This document shows positions 7,610 to 16,842 of a stretch of DNA of 64,000 nucleotides, piece after piece; position 1 is the stretch's first letter; each line of letters opens with the position of its first letter. The notes under the pieces were generated by a model. The model ran no database searches. It saw only the letters and a program-made list of their open reading frames with translations, and was not told where the DNA came from. The stretch is from the NCBI GenBank assembly GCA_044225365.1, contig JBGAIQ010000016.1, forward strand, positions 32,001-96,000, in the 5' to 3' direction. The translations under genes were made by a program, and so were the position numbers. This DNA is from Planctomycetota bacterium. GTDB taxonomy: Bacteria > Planctomycetota > B15-G4 > JADJEK01.

Positions 7610-9766
7610 ATGTCGCATCGCCTGCTCGACTCGATCCTCGGATCCTTCCTGCTTCTGTGTTGTCTCGCCGCACCGCAGCGAGCGTTCGCGCAGAACGGCC
7701 CGCCGCCCGGCCTCAATCGCGAAGCGATGTGGCCCGCACCGACGGCCGAGGACTGGAGCAAGCCTTGCGTCATCCACTGGCAGCGGACCTTCGACGACGC
7801 GATCGCCGTCGCGAAGGCGACCAAGCGGCCCCTGCTCGTGTGCGTGAACATGGACGGCGAGATCGCGAGCGAGCACTGGGCGGGCGTGCTGTATCGCAAG
7901 CCCGAGCTCGCGAAGATCTTCGACGGCTACGTTCCGGTGATCGGATCGGTGTATCGCCATACCGCTCGCGACTACGACGACCAGGGCCGACGCATCCCTT
8001 GCCCACGGTTCGGCACCGTGACGTGCGGCGAGCACATCGCCATGGAGACCGTCTTCTACGAGAAGTTCCTCGACGGCAAGCGTATTTCCCCGCGCCACAT
8101 TCGCGTGGAGCTCGGAGAGACGGAGAACAAGACCTTCGACATCTTCTACACCTGGGACACGATCTCGGTGGTGAACGCGGTTCGCGATGGCGGCAGCAAG
8201 ACTTTCGTGCCCCCATCCCTCGATCGCCCGTTCCTCGAGCGCCTCACGAGCCGAGACGATCAGGATCGAACGGCGGTGGAGGAGGCGTATCGAAGCGGAG
8301 ACGGTGCGACGCGCAGGTCGTTGCTCGAAGCGAACGCGAAACTCCGCGACGACGCATCGATCGATCTCCTGCGCCTCGGTCTCTCCGACGTCGACGAGTC
8401 GCTCGCAGCGCTTGCGCGGCGCACCTTGAGCAGCGCCAACACCGAGTCCGCAGTCGATGCGATCGCCCAGGCCCTGCGCGCGCCGATGCCTTCCGGCGAG
8501 CGCGATGACCTCGTTTCGGCTCTCTCGCGAATCGGGGAACACTCGGAGCGAGCGCGGACGCTCTCGATCGTGCAAGGGCGGAACGAAATCGCTTCGAAGG
8601 ACATCGATCTCGCGGCCTGGACCAACTCGCTCGATGACGCGCGAAGCGTCGCCGCGGCGCGCGAGAGTTACGTCGCGAACATGCGACTCTCGACGCAGGC
8701 CGCGATCTTGAGCGGTAACGATCCCGGCCAACTGCTCGGTCTCGCCGAAGGTTTCCTCGCCGAAGCGGGGGATCCGAACACGGAGGACAAATTCGCGCGA
8801 CTGCTCGTGCAGGACGCGCGAGATGCGGCGGATCGAGCGGTCGCGTCGTTGCCGCAGGGTCGCGACGACCCGCGTGCCGCGGCGGTGCTCGCCGTCGCGG
8901 CGTGGTACGCCGGCGATCTCGACGAAGCGCGGGAACGGGCGAAGAAGGCGATCGATCGAGTTCCCGCCGATGCGGCGAGCCCGATCGCGATGATCGTGCT
9001 CGGACTCTTCGCCGAAGCGCGGCAACGCGACATCTCCGCGGCTCAGCGCGAGAAGAGGGCGTGGCCTCCCGAATGGCTCGCCGACGTCAACGCCGCGTAC
9101 AGCGTCCTCGAGAAGCATCCGTTCGGGGACGACACCCAGATCGCGGCGCACGTCGACTTCCTGTTCCGGCTCGAGGCTCGAGAGCAAGGCAGCCGCGTGC
9201 TCGATTCGGGGCTCGCGCGGTTTCCCGAGTCGTTCGCTCTCCACAAGCGAGTGCGAACGCGCGAGCTGCATGACAAGGGTCCCGTCGGTCTCGTCGCCTA
9301 CTACGATTCTCTATCGAGGGAGCATCCCGAATGGCCGAGCCTCTCGTGGTACGCCGGTTACGCCGCGCTCGTCGCCGCGGAGTTCCACAAGAGGTCGCGC
9401 GCCGACGATGCAGCGCTCACCGCGTACGACGCGGCGGTGAAACACTTCGACTTGGCGATCGCTCAGAACGCGGAGTGTCGAGCGACGGCGGATCACTACG
9501 CGGCGCTCGCGTTCGCGGGTCGGGCGCGGATCGAGATGGAGCGCGGTGAACTCGAGGCCGCGACGCAGGATCTGTGCGCGTCGATCGCTCGCCGATCCGA
9601 CGCGGCCGGCGTGAAGGACGGCCTCGGTCGGACGCCCGCGGCGACGGCGCTGTCGCTGCGCCAGCGGCTCGACGAGAAGAAGGCGACGGACCTGAGAGCG
9701 CGACTCGACAAGGCGCTCGAGGCGATCGATCCGGCATTGCTCGTCCCGAACGACACCGAGCGGTGA
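7610..9766 (+). CDS. Exported protein with thioredoxin-like N-terminal domain and HEAT/TPR-like helical repeats
   Basis: Signal peptide ending RAFA; WQRTFDDAIAVAKATKRPLLV resembles the start of a thioredoxin-like domain; Ala/Leu-rich helical repeats follow. Confidence 0.65.
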   Translation: MSHRLLDSILGSFLLLCCLAAPQRAFAQNGPPPGLNREAMWPAPTAEDWSKPCVIHWQRTFDDAIAVAKATKRPLLVCVNMDGEIASEHWAGVLYRKPELAKIFDGYVPVIGSVYRHTARDYDDQGRRIPCPRFGTVTCGEHIAMETVFYEKFLDGKRISPRHIRVELGETENKTFDIFYTWDTISVVNAVRDGGSKTFVPPSLDRPFLERLTSRDDQDRTAVEEAYRSGDGATRRSLLEANAKLRDDASIDLLRLGLSDVDESLAALARRTLSSANTESAVDAIAQALRAPMPSGERDDLVSALSRIGEHSERARTLSIVQGRNEIASKDIDLAAWTNSLDDARSVAAARESYVANMRLSTQAAILSGNDPGQLLGLAEGFLAEAGDPNTEDKFARLLVQDARDAADRAVASLPQGRDDPRAAAVLAVAAWYAGDLDEARERAKKAIDRVPADAASPIAMIVLGLFAEARQRDISAAQREKRAWPPEWLADVNAAYSVLEKHPFGDDTQIAAHVDFLFRLEAREQGSRVLDSGLARFPESFALHKRVRTRELHDKGPVGLVAYYDSLSREHPEWPSLSWYAGYAALVAAEFHKRSRADDAALTAYDAAVKHFDLAIAQNAECRATADHYAALAFAGRARIEMERGELEAATQDLCASIARRSDAAGVKDGLGRTPAATALSLRQRLDEKKATDLRARLDKALEAIDPALLVPNDTER

Positions 9767-9813
9767 GCGCGCCTTGATCGAAATGGTTGGAGAGGCGAGG
9801 CGGCGGAGAACAT

Positions 9814-10001
9814 GGAGAGCGCGCGGCTCTGGGTGGCATCGACCGAAGGAGGCCACGCTGGAGCGTGGCGGTCCGAAGATGAAGATGGAACTGCGGACCG
9901 CCAGGCTCTGCCTGGCATGGGGTCGAACGAGGCCACGCTGGAGCGTGGCGGTCCAAACCTAGCATGGAATCGAAGTACGCAATGCCGGAGCGTGGCAGAC
10001 C
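9814..10001. repeat. REP/REPIN-like palindromic repeat cluster
   Basis: GAGGCCACGCTGGAGCGTGGCGGTCC is exact at 9849-9874 and 9929-9954. An inverted related copy GGACCGCCAGGCTCTGCCTGGC lies at 9895-9916, with degenerate copies near 9814 and 9985. Confidence 0.7.
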
Positions 10002-10005
10002 AACG

Positions 10006-10608
10006 ATGAAGAGATTCGCCCGTGCACTTCAGCGCATGCGCGATTGGAAGCCCGTGAGGGTCACGGCGCGCTTCGTGCGCAAGCTGACGTACTGGCGATC
10101 GCGTCGTGATCACCGCTACTACGTGGAAGTCGTCCGGCAATGCGGACTCGTCGCGCCGCAGGGCGGGAGCGTCATCGACATCGGTGCGCACGAGACGCAC
10201 GTCCTCGGCGAATTGAAGGGGTTTGCGCGCCGAGTTGCGCTCGATCGCGCGGCGATCTCGAGCAAGCCCGGAGTCGAGACGGTGCGCGCGAATTTCCTGA
10301 AGTACGTCCCGAACCAAGCCTTCGATCTCGTCCTTTGCCTTCAGGTCCTCGAGCACCTGAAGGATCCCGAGACGTTTGCGAAGAAGCTGTTCGAAACGGG
10401 GCGCAATGTGATCATCAGCGTTCCCTACAAGTGGCCGCGCGGGAAGTGTCGCTGGCACGTGCAGGATCCGGTGGACGAGGAGAAGCTCGCGGCGTGGACC
10501 GGGCGCGTCCCGACGACGACGATCGTGGCGAAGGACAAGAGCGAGCGCCTGATCGCCGTGTACGTGGGCGGCGGTGAGATCGCCGATCGAAGTGGATCGA
10601 CGCCTTGA
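10006..10608 (+). CDS. Class I SAM-dependent methyltransferase
   Basis: SVIDIGA (motif I) and FDLVLCLQVLEHLKDP, VIISVP. Start uncertain (9964 or 10006). Confidence 0.8.
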   Translation: MKRFARALQRMRDWKPVRVTARFVRKLTYWRSRRDHRYYVEVVRQCGLVAPQGGSVIDIGAHETHVLGELKGFARRVALDRAAISSKPGVETVRANFLKYVPNQAFDLVLCLQVLEHLKDPETFAKKLFETGRNVIISVPYKWPRGKCRWHVQDPVDEEKLAAWTGRVPTTTIVAKDKSERLIAVYVGGGEIADRSGSTP

Positions 10609-12168
10609 TCAGTCCCGCGTGAACGCGAGCTGGCCGTTTGCGATCGACTTCGATTTGCCGTCCGCGCTGACGACGACACCGGAGTAGGTGCCCTGGACGA
10701 GCACGTGGTTGCCGTAGGTGACGACGCGGAGCGAGTCGAAGGTGGCCTGGAGCGTCGAGGTGGTTCCGGGAATCGGTAGCTCGAGCGAGCCGTTGTCGCC
10801 GAGGTTCCCGCTCGCCAGGTCGATCGCGCCCGTTCCCGTATTCAGGATCCCGCCGAAGCTCGTCGCCGCGCCCGGGATGTCGAGCGTGAACTTCTCACCA
10901 TCGAACTTGCCGCTCGCGCTCTGGAACGGGCCCACGGTGACGACGCTCGAATTGCCGAGGTAATCGCCCGTGACGACCTGATGGCTGAGCGAGCCATCGA
11001 ACGATGCGTTCAGGAGTTCGTCGAGCGGCGCACTCACGATGCCCGGCTTCGGGTTGGGTCCGCGCAGGACGATGACTTCGTCGAGCACGGAGTCGAACGC
11101 ATCGGAAAGGAAGATGGGTTCCGCCGGAGCCATGCCGGGAACGATCGTCCCGCCGGTCGGCAGCGGAAGGATGTCGATGCGGCTGAGGCCGGTCATCGGC
11201 GGCGGAAATAACATGCCGTTGGGATCGCCCGTCGAACCGTCGTCGAGCGGGCCGTCGAGGTCCACGTGCGTTCGGATCATCACCTCGTCGATGCCATCGC
11301 CGTCGACATCGGTGGCTTCGAGTTCGAGCACCGGTCCCGTCGAGGCCGGGAGGGCGAGAGTACCGAAGGTGATGGGCGGGAGGTCGGCGACGATTCGCGG
11401 CGCCGGGATCACCTCGATCGATTGCGCTCCGTCGAGCGTTCGACGGAGCAGCGCAATCTCCTCCTTGCCGTCGCCGTCCATGTCGACGGCCGCGAGATCG
11501 ACGATCGCGTCCTTCGGATCGGATCCGAGGTCGAGGTACGAGGCGAACGGTGCGCCGAGCTCGGCCTTCGAGATGGCGGTCGTCTTGGTCTTCTTCGAGT
11601 TCGCGTTCGGGGACGGCAGCGCGTAGACCTCGAGTCGCTGGGAGCCGCTCTCCACCTGTCGCACGACGACGATCTCGTCGCGGAAGTCGCCGTCGAGATC
11701 GATGCCGTCGGCGGCGATGATCGCGCCGAAGGTCGGCTTGGAGCCGATCGCGTCCTTCGCCGTGCGCAGGGTCGGATGGCTCACGTTCTGCGAACCGACG
11801 GGCGCACGATGCACGGAGAGCGAGTACCTTCCGCCGGCGACGGACTCCCGCAGGACCACGATCTCGTCGCTCAGGTCCCCGTCGAGGTCCGCACTGAACG
11901 CGACGCGGACCGGAGTTGCGCCTGCGTAGCGGAAGAAGGAATCGTCGAATCCGAAGGAACTCGGACCGAGCGAAGGCGGATCGACGGCGCTTCCGCCGTT
12001 CGCGCCACCCCCGGTGCTCGGGCCGAAATTCAATCCGACGACGAGCGACGCCCGCGCCTTCGAGTCGAACGATTCGTGACGCAGGACGGCGAGTTGGTCG
12101 GTGGACGTGTCGACGAATCCGGGCGAACTGACGCAGAGCGGTAGAAGACGGAGCACGATTCCGAGCAT
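10609..12168 (-). CDS. FG-GAP/VCBS-like repeat exported protein
   Basis: Repeats DLDGDLSDEI, DLDGDFRDEI, DMDGDGKEEI, DVDGDGIDEV; hydrophobic N-terminus. Confidence 0.7.
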   Translation of the reverse strand: MLGIVLRLLPLCVSSPGFVDTSTDQLAVLRHESFDSKARASLVVGLNFGPSTGGGANGGSAVDPPSLGPSSFGFDDSFFRYAGATPVRVAFSADLDGDLSDEIVVLRESVAGGRYSLSVHRAPVGSQNVSHPTLRTAKDAIGSKPTFGAIIAADGIDLDGDFRDEIVVVRQVESGSQRLEVYALPSPNANSKKTKTTAISKAELGAPFASYLDLGSDPKDAIVDLAAVDMDGDGKEEIALLRRTLDGAQSIEVIPAPRIVADLPPITFGTLALPASTGPVLELEATDVDGDGIDEVMIRTHVDLDGPLDDGSTGDPNGMLFPPPMTGLSRIDILPLPTGGTIVPGMAPAEPIFLSDAFDSVLDEVIVLRGPNPKPGIVSAPLDELLNASFDGSLSHQVVTGDYLGNSSVVTVGPFQSASGKFDGEKFTLDIPGAATSFGGILNTGTGAIDLASGNLGDNGSLELPIPGTTSTLQATFDSLRVVTYGNHVLVQGTYSGVVVSADGKSKSIANGQLAFTRD

Positions 12169-12370
12169 GATCCACTCCCTCGTCGTTCAAGGGCGCTCGC
12201 TCGCGGGTCGATCGAACCCGTGCGGCGCTGCTTCCAGGCGACGAGCATCGTACCGTTGGAACGACCGACCAGCTCGACTTTCGTGCGCAAGATCGAGTTC
12301 GGACCTCGCCGCCGTGGAACGCCCCGATAGGTACAGTGGCGCCCTTCGAGGACGTCGCGGAAGACCTCTC

Positions 12371-14023
12371 ATGACGAAGCAATGCTCGAACACTCGATTC
12401 GGCCCTCTCCGGCTCGCCTGCATTCTCTCCCTCGTGATGTCGAGCCCCGCAGCGGCCCAGGGGATCGGAAGCGAGCGCGCGATCGCGAATCATCTGCTAG
12501 CGGGCGAGGAGATGACCCTCTCGACTTCCGACCTGCTCGTGCACGGGCGCGCACTCTTCACGAGCAAGTTCACGCGCGAGGACGGCCACGGACGTCCCCT
12601 CCGCAAGGGCGACTTCAGCCCGCTCTCGGACCCGCTCTCGCCACTCGTCTTCCCGCGCAACATGAATCGCATCTCGTCGCCCGAAGCGACCTCGTGTGCG
12701 GGCTGCCACATGGATCCGCGACCGGGCGGTGGCGGCGAATTCCTGACCAACGCGTTCGTGCTCGCCGAGCGCTTCGATCATGCGACCTTCGATCCTCTCG
12801 ACCTCGTCTCCACCAAGGGAGCCAAGGACGAGCTCGGTGTATCCGTGACGCTCGACACGATCGGCAACACGCGCTCGACGCCGCACCTCTTCGGTTCGGG
12901 GTACGTCGAGATGATCGCCCGCCAGATCACGCTCGACCTGCAAGCACAGCGCAACTCCCTCGCAAGCGGCGCGAGCGCCGCGCTCATGTCGAAGGGGATC
13001 TCGTTCGGGTGGCTCGTCCGCGACGGGGCGGGGAATTGGGACACCAGCGGTGTGGTCGGACTGCCGGCCGCGAGCCTCGTGACGACGGGTCCATCCGATC
13101 CTCCGTCGCTCCTCCTCCGGCCCTTCAGCCACGGCGCCGCCACGGTCTCCCTGCGGCATTTCACGAACAACGCCTTCCATCATCACCTCGGCATCGAGCC
13201 GCTGGAACGCGTGGGCGAAGGCGTCGACGACGATGGGGACGGAGTGACGGATGAACTGACGCGCGGCGACGTGACCGCTGCCGTGATCTTCCAGGCGACG
13301 CTTCCTCCACCCGGGCGGGTGCTCCCCGCGAACAAGGACGCGCGGGACGCGGTCGCGCGCGGCGAGGACGTCTTCGTCGCCATCGGCTGCGCGACGTGTC
13401 ACGTGCCCTGTCTCCCCCTGACGTCATCGAAGGGGGCGAAGAGCGGATTCGCTTTCAGCGAACCGTCGCCCTTCAACGGCCCGGGCAACTGGCAGCAGGG
13501 CGATGCGTACCACAGTGAATTCGGTTCGCTCGTCGTCGACCTCCTCGATCCGAAGCTCCCGACCCCGCGCTTGAAGCCCGCCGCGGCAGATGTGATCGAG
13601 GTTCCGCTGTTCAGCGATCTGAGGGTGCACGACCTCACCGATGGACCCGCGGATCCGAATCGCGAACCGCTCGACATGCAGCGCGCGCCGGGATCGCAGG
13701 AGTTCTTCGCGGGGAACGGAAGGTTCATCACGCCACGGCTGTGGGGCGTGGGCTCGTCGTCGCCGTACTTCCATCACGGGAAGTTCACGACACTTCGCGA
13801 GGCGATCGAGGCGCACGGCGGAGAAGCGAGCACGGTGCGATCCAACTGGCATGGACTCGCTGAGGCGGATCGAGCGTCGCTCGTCGAGTTCCTGAAGAGC
13901 CTCCGCATCCTGCCGGAAGGAGCGAAGTCCTTGGTGATCGATGCGAAAGGCAAGAAGGCGAAGTGGCACGCCTTCCCCTGGACCTGCGGCCAGGTCGTCC
14001 CGCCGGTGCCGAGCGGGCCCTGA
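12371..14023 (+). CDS. Di-heme oxidoreductase family protein (DHOR/DUF1111-like)
   Basis: Two CxxCH motifs (CAGCH, CATCH); RSTPHLFGSG, PLFSDLRVHDL, FITPRLWGVG, PYFHHG, TLREAIEAHGGEA; signal peptide. Confidence 0.85.
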   Translation: MTKQCSNTRFGPLRLACILSLVMSSPAAAQGIGSERAIANHLLAGEEMTLSTSDLLVHGRALFTSKFTREDGHGRPLRKGDFSPLSDPLSPLVFPRNMNRISSPEATSCAGCHMDPRPGGGGEFLTNAFVLAERFDHATFDPLDLVSTKGAKDELGVSVTLDTIGNTRSTPHLFGSGYVEMIARQITLDLQAQRNSLASGASAALMSKGISFGWLVRDGAGNWDTSGVVGLPAASLVTTGPSDPPSLLLRPFSHGAATVSLRHFTNNAFHHHLGIEPLERVGEGVDDDGDGVTDELTRGDVTAAVIFQATLPPPGRVLPANKDARDAVARGEDVFVAIGCATCHVPCLPLTSSKGAKSGFAFSEPSPFNGPGNWQQGDAYHSEFGSLVVDLLDPKLPTPRLKPAAADVIEVPLFSDLRVHDLTDGPADPNREPLDMQRAPGSQEFFAGNGRFITPRLWGVGSSSPYFHHGKFTTLREAIEAHGGEASTVRSNWHGLAEADRASLVEFLKSLRILPEGAKSLVIDAKGKKAKWHAFPWTCGQVVPPVPSGP

Positions 14024-14116
14024 TCGCGTCTTCACGATGGCTTGACCGCGCACAGACGGCTCGCTGATCTCGCCGCGGTACGACACGGCACCTGATCCCG
14101 AAGCGGAGAGTTCGAC

Positions 14117-15487
14117 ATGGCGCCCCCGTGGAACTTCGAGAACGCCGCCCATCTCCTGCGACGGGCGGGGTTCGGCGCGACGAAGGAAACGATCGAGGCC
14201 GCCGTCCTCGCCGGGATGAGCGACACGATCGATTCGTTGTTCGTTCCCGATCCTGTTTCCGATGATCTCCCCTTCGAGAAGCCGAGCACCATCGACCTGC
14301 AGGGCTGGTGGCTGCATCGGATGGTGACGACGAGCGCGCCGTTCCTCGAGAAGCTCGTCCTGTTCTTCCACGATCACTTCGCGACCGCGGCATCGAAGGT
14401 GAAGAAGAAGCCGTGGATGCATCAGCAGAATCGGACCTTGAGGTCGCACGCGCTCGGTCGCTTTCGCGACCTCCTGCGAGCCATGGTGCGGGACCCGGCG
14501 TTGCTCGTCTTCCTCGACAATCAGTTGAATGTGAAGAAGAGTCCGAACGAGAACCTCGCGCGGGAGCTGCAGGAGTTGTTCACCACGGGCGTCGTCGGCT
14601 CGAACGGGCAACCGAACTACACCGAGAAGGACGTGAGCGAATGCGCCCGCGCGCTCACCGGACTCACCGTCGTGAAGGGCGAGTTCGTCTTCGACGCGAC
14701 CCTGCACGACGACGGGATGAAGACGTTCAAGAGCGTGAGCGCGAAGTTCGACGCGGATGCCGTGGTCGATCTCCTCGCGAACGATCCTTCGACCGCGAAA
14801 CGCCTCGTGAAGAGACTCTGGTCCTTCTTCGCCTTTCCGATCGGATCGAAGGACCCTCTCGTCGCGGAACTCGCGGGCGTCTATCTCGCGGCGGACACCG
14901 ATCTCAGGGCGCTCCTGAAGGCGATGTTCCGCCACGACGCGTTCTATTCGCCGGCAGCGAAGGCCGGCGCCGTGCGCTGTCCCGCCGAGTTCGTGGTGGT
15001 GGCGCTGCGCGGGCTCGGTGCGACCCTGAGCGACGTGCCGAGCAAATGGGGAGCGCTCGGCAAGCAGGTCGCGGCGATGGGGCAGGCCTTGTTCGAGCCG
15101 CCCTCGGTCTTCGGTTGGCCAGGCGGCAACACCTGGGTCGAACTCGCGGGACTGCAGCAGCGGCTCGTGGTCGCGTCATCCATCGCGAATCACCGGGCCA
15201 AGGGATCGTCGTCGTACAGCTACGATCCGGCGGCCCTGCTGGGTCCCGAGGAGGGATTCACGTCGCTCGACGCCGACGCGGTCGTCACCGGGGTGCTCGA
15301 CGCACTCGGCCCGCTCATCGTGCGACCGACGACCCGCGCCGCGCTCGTCGAATACGCGCTCGACGGAGCGCAGAGCCTCACGATCGACGCCGAGTTCATC
15401 GATCGGAAGGTGCGCGGTCTGATCGCGCTCGCGATGAGCACCGCGGAATATCAACTCGCGCTGGGATCGGTGGAGGCGTTCTCATGA
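14117..15487 (+). CDS. DUF1800 family protein
   Basis: AAHLLRRAGFG, FFHDHFAT, PNENLARELQELFTTG, YTEKDV, PPSVFGW. Confidence 0.9.
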   Translation: MAPPWNFENAAHLLRRAGFGATKETIEAAVLAGMSDTIDSLFVPDPVSDDLPFEKPSTIDLQGWWLHRMVTTSAPFLEKLVLFFHDHFATAASKVKKKPWMHQQNRTLRSHALGRFRDLLRAMVRDPALLVFLDNQLNVKKSPNENLARELQELFTTGVVGSNGQPNYTEKDVSECARALTGLTVVKGEFVFDATLHDDGMKTFKSVSAKFDADAVVDLLANDPSTAKRLVKRLWSFFAFPIGSKDPLVAELAGVYLAADTDLRALLKAMFRHDAFYSPAAKAGAVRCPAEFVVVALRGLGATLSDVPSKWGALGKQVAAMGQALFEPPSVFGWPGGNTWVELAGLQQRLVVASSIANHRAKGSSSYSYDPAALLGPEEGFTSLDADAVVTGVLDALGPLIVRPTTRAALVEYALDGAQSLTIDAEFIDRKVRGLIALAMSTAEYQLALGSVEAFS

Positions 15488-16728
15488 GCGGCACGCGACG
15501 CGAGGCATTGAAGCGCGGACTCCTGTTCGGCGCCGCGGCGATGGCGAACGGATTCATGCCGTCGGCCCTCCTGCGCTCGGCGTTCGCGGCTCCCGGACCG
15601 CAGGCGCGAAATCTCGTCTTCGTCGAACTCGACGGCGGCAATGACGGACTGAACACCATCGTCCCGCATGGCATCGACGGCGGGCTCTACGCGAAAACGT
15701 ATCGGCCGACGCTCGGCATTCCCGCCGAGACGACGATCCCGCTCAACGACTCCCTCGGCTTCAATCCGAATCTCGCGCCGCTGATGCCGCTCTTCGATTC
15801 CGGTCGCATGGCGGTCGTGCAAGGCGTCGGTTCGCCGCTCGGCTCCTTCTCCCACGATTTCGCGAAGAAGTTCTGGGCGACCGGCGATCCCACGGGCGAG
15901 ACCACGTCGGGATGGTTCGGGCGCTATCTCGCGACGCTGCCGGGATCGAAGTCGCTCGCGTTCGACGTGTCGAACTACGCCGATGGCCTGTTCGCGGGGT
16001 CGAAGCAGTTCGTCGCGGCGTTCCCGAGCCTCGAGTCGCTCGCCTTCCCGATCGACAAGAAGCACCCGGACGACGGGTGGGCGCGCAAGAAGGCGTTCCT
16101 CGCGATGCACTCGACGCTCGCGGGAAGCGATACGGCGCTCGGTGCGATCGCAGCGACGGGCGAGAAGCTGATCGACGTCCTCGCCCAGTATTCGAAGGTC
16201 AAGCCGGTCGCGCACGTCGGGAAGTACCCTCAGCACCCCGTCGGAGATGCGCTCGCGCTCGTCGTGAGGCTGCTTCGCTCGTCGCTCGGGCTTCGGTTCC
16301 ACCACGTGGTGTTCGAAGGATTCGACACGCACGCGAACCAGGATCAGGGCTTCTCGCACGATCAGAAGCTCGCGACGCTCGCGAAGGCGCTCGCGGCCTT
16401 CCACGCGGATCTCGATCACTACGGTCTCGCGAAGAACACGCTCGTGATCGTGTACAGCGAATTCGGTCGCGCTCTCTTCGAGAACGCGAGTCGAGGCACG
16501 GATCACGGCACCGCAGCGCCCGTGTTCGTCCTCGGAGACGGGGTCGCGGGCGGGCTGTACGGCGTCCATCCGTCGCTCGAGCCCCGAAATCTCTCGTCGA
16601 TCGAGGAGATGGTCGCGACGACGGACTACCGCGACGTCCTCGGCACGATCGCGATGCGGTGGCTCGACGCCGACCCGGCGCCGCTCTTCCCCGATCACGT
16701 GATGAGCGACCTCGGCTTCATCTCCTGA
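15484..16728 (+). CDS. DUF1501 family protein (Tat-exported)
   Basis: ATGA overlap with DUF1800 stop; TRREAL Tat-like motif; LDGGNDGLNTIVP, GFDTHANQ, SEFGR, ENASRGTDHG. Confidence 0.9.
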   Translation: MSGTRREALKRGLLFGAAAMANGFMPSALLRSAFAAPGPQARNLVFVELDGGNDGLNTIVPHGIDGGLYAKTYRPTLGIPAETTIPLNDSLGFNPNLAPLMPLFDSGRMAVVQGVGSPLGSFSHDFAKKFWATGDPTGETTSGWFGRYLATLPGSKSLAFDVSNYADGLFAGSKQFVAAFPSLESLAFPIDKKHPDDGWARKKAFLAMHSTLAGSDTALGAIAATGEKLIDVLAQYSKVKPVAHVGKYPQHPVGDALALVVRLLRSSLGLRFHHVVFEGFDTHANQDQGFSHDQKLATLAKALAAFHADLDHYGLAKNTLVIVYSEFGRALFENASRGTDHGTAAPVFVLGDGVAGGLYGVHPSLEPRNLSSIEEMVATTDYRDVLGTIAMRWLDADPAPLFPDHVMSDLGFIS

Positions 16729-16842
16729 ACCAAGTCCGTCGGCGACGGCGTTCTGGCGCAGGTTGCTCGATGTTCATGTTGGCGCTTCGACGTCCGCGAT
16801 AGTCTCGCGCTGCGGCTCCTTTCGCTCGAAGCGAGGTCCTCC

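Noticed and set aside
9849-9954. Possible mini CRISPR array
   Set aside because: Only two exact 26-bp copies, the spacer contains an inverted copy of the repeat, and there are no cas genes; fits REP-like elements.
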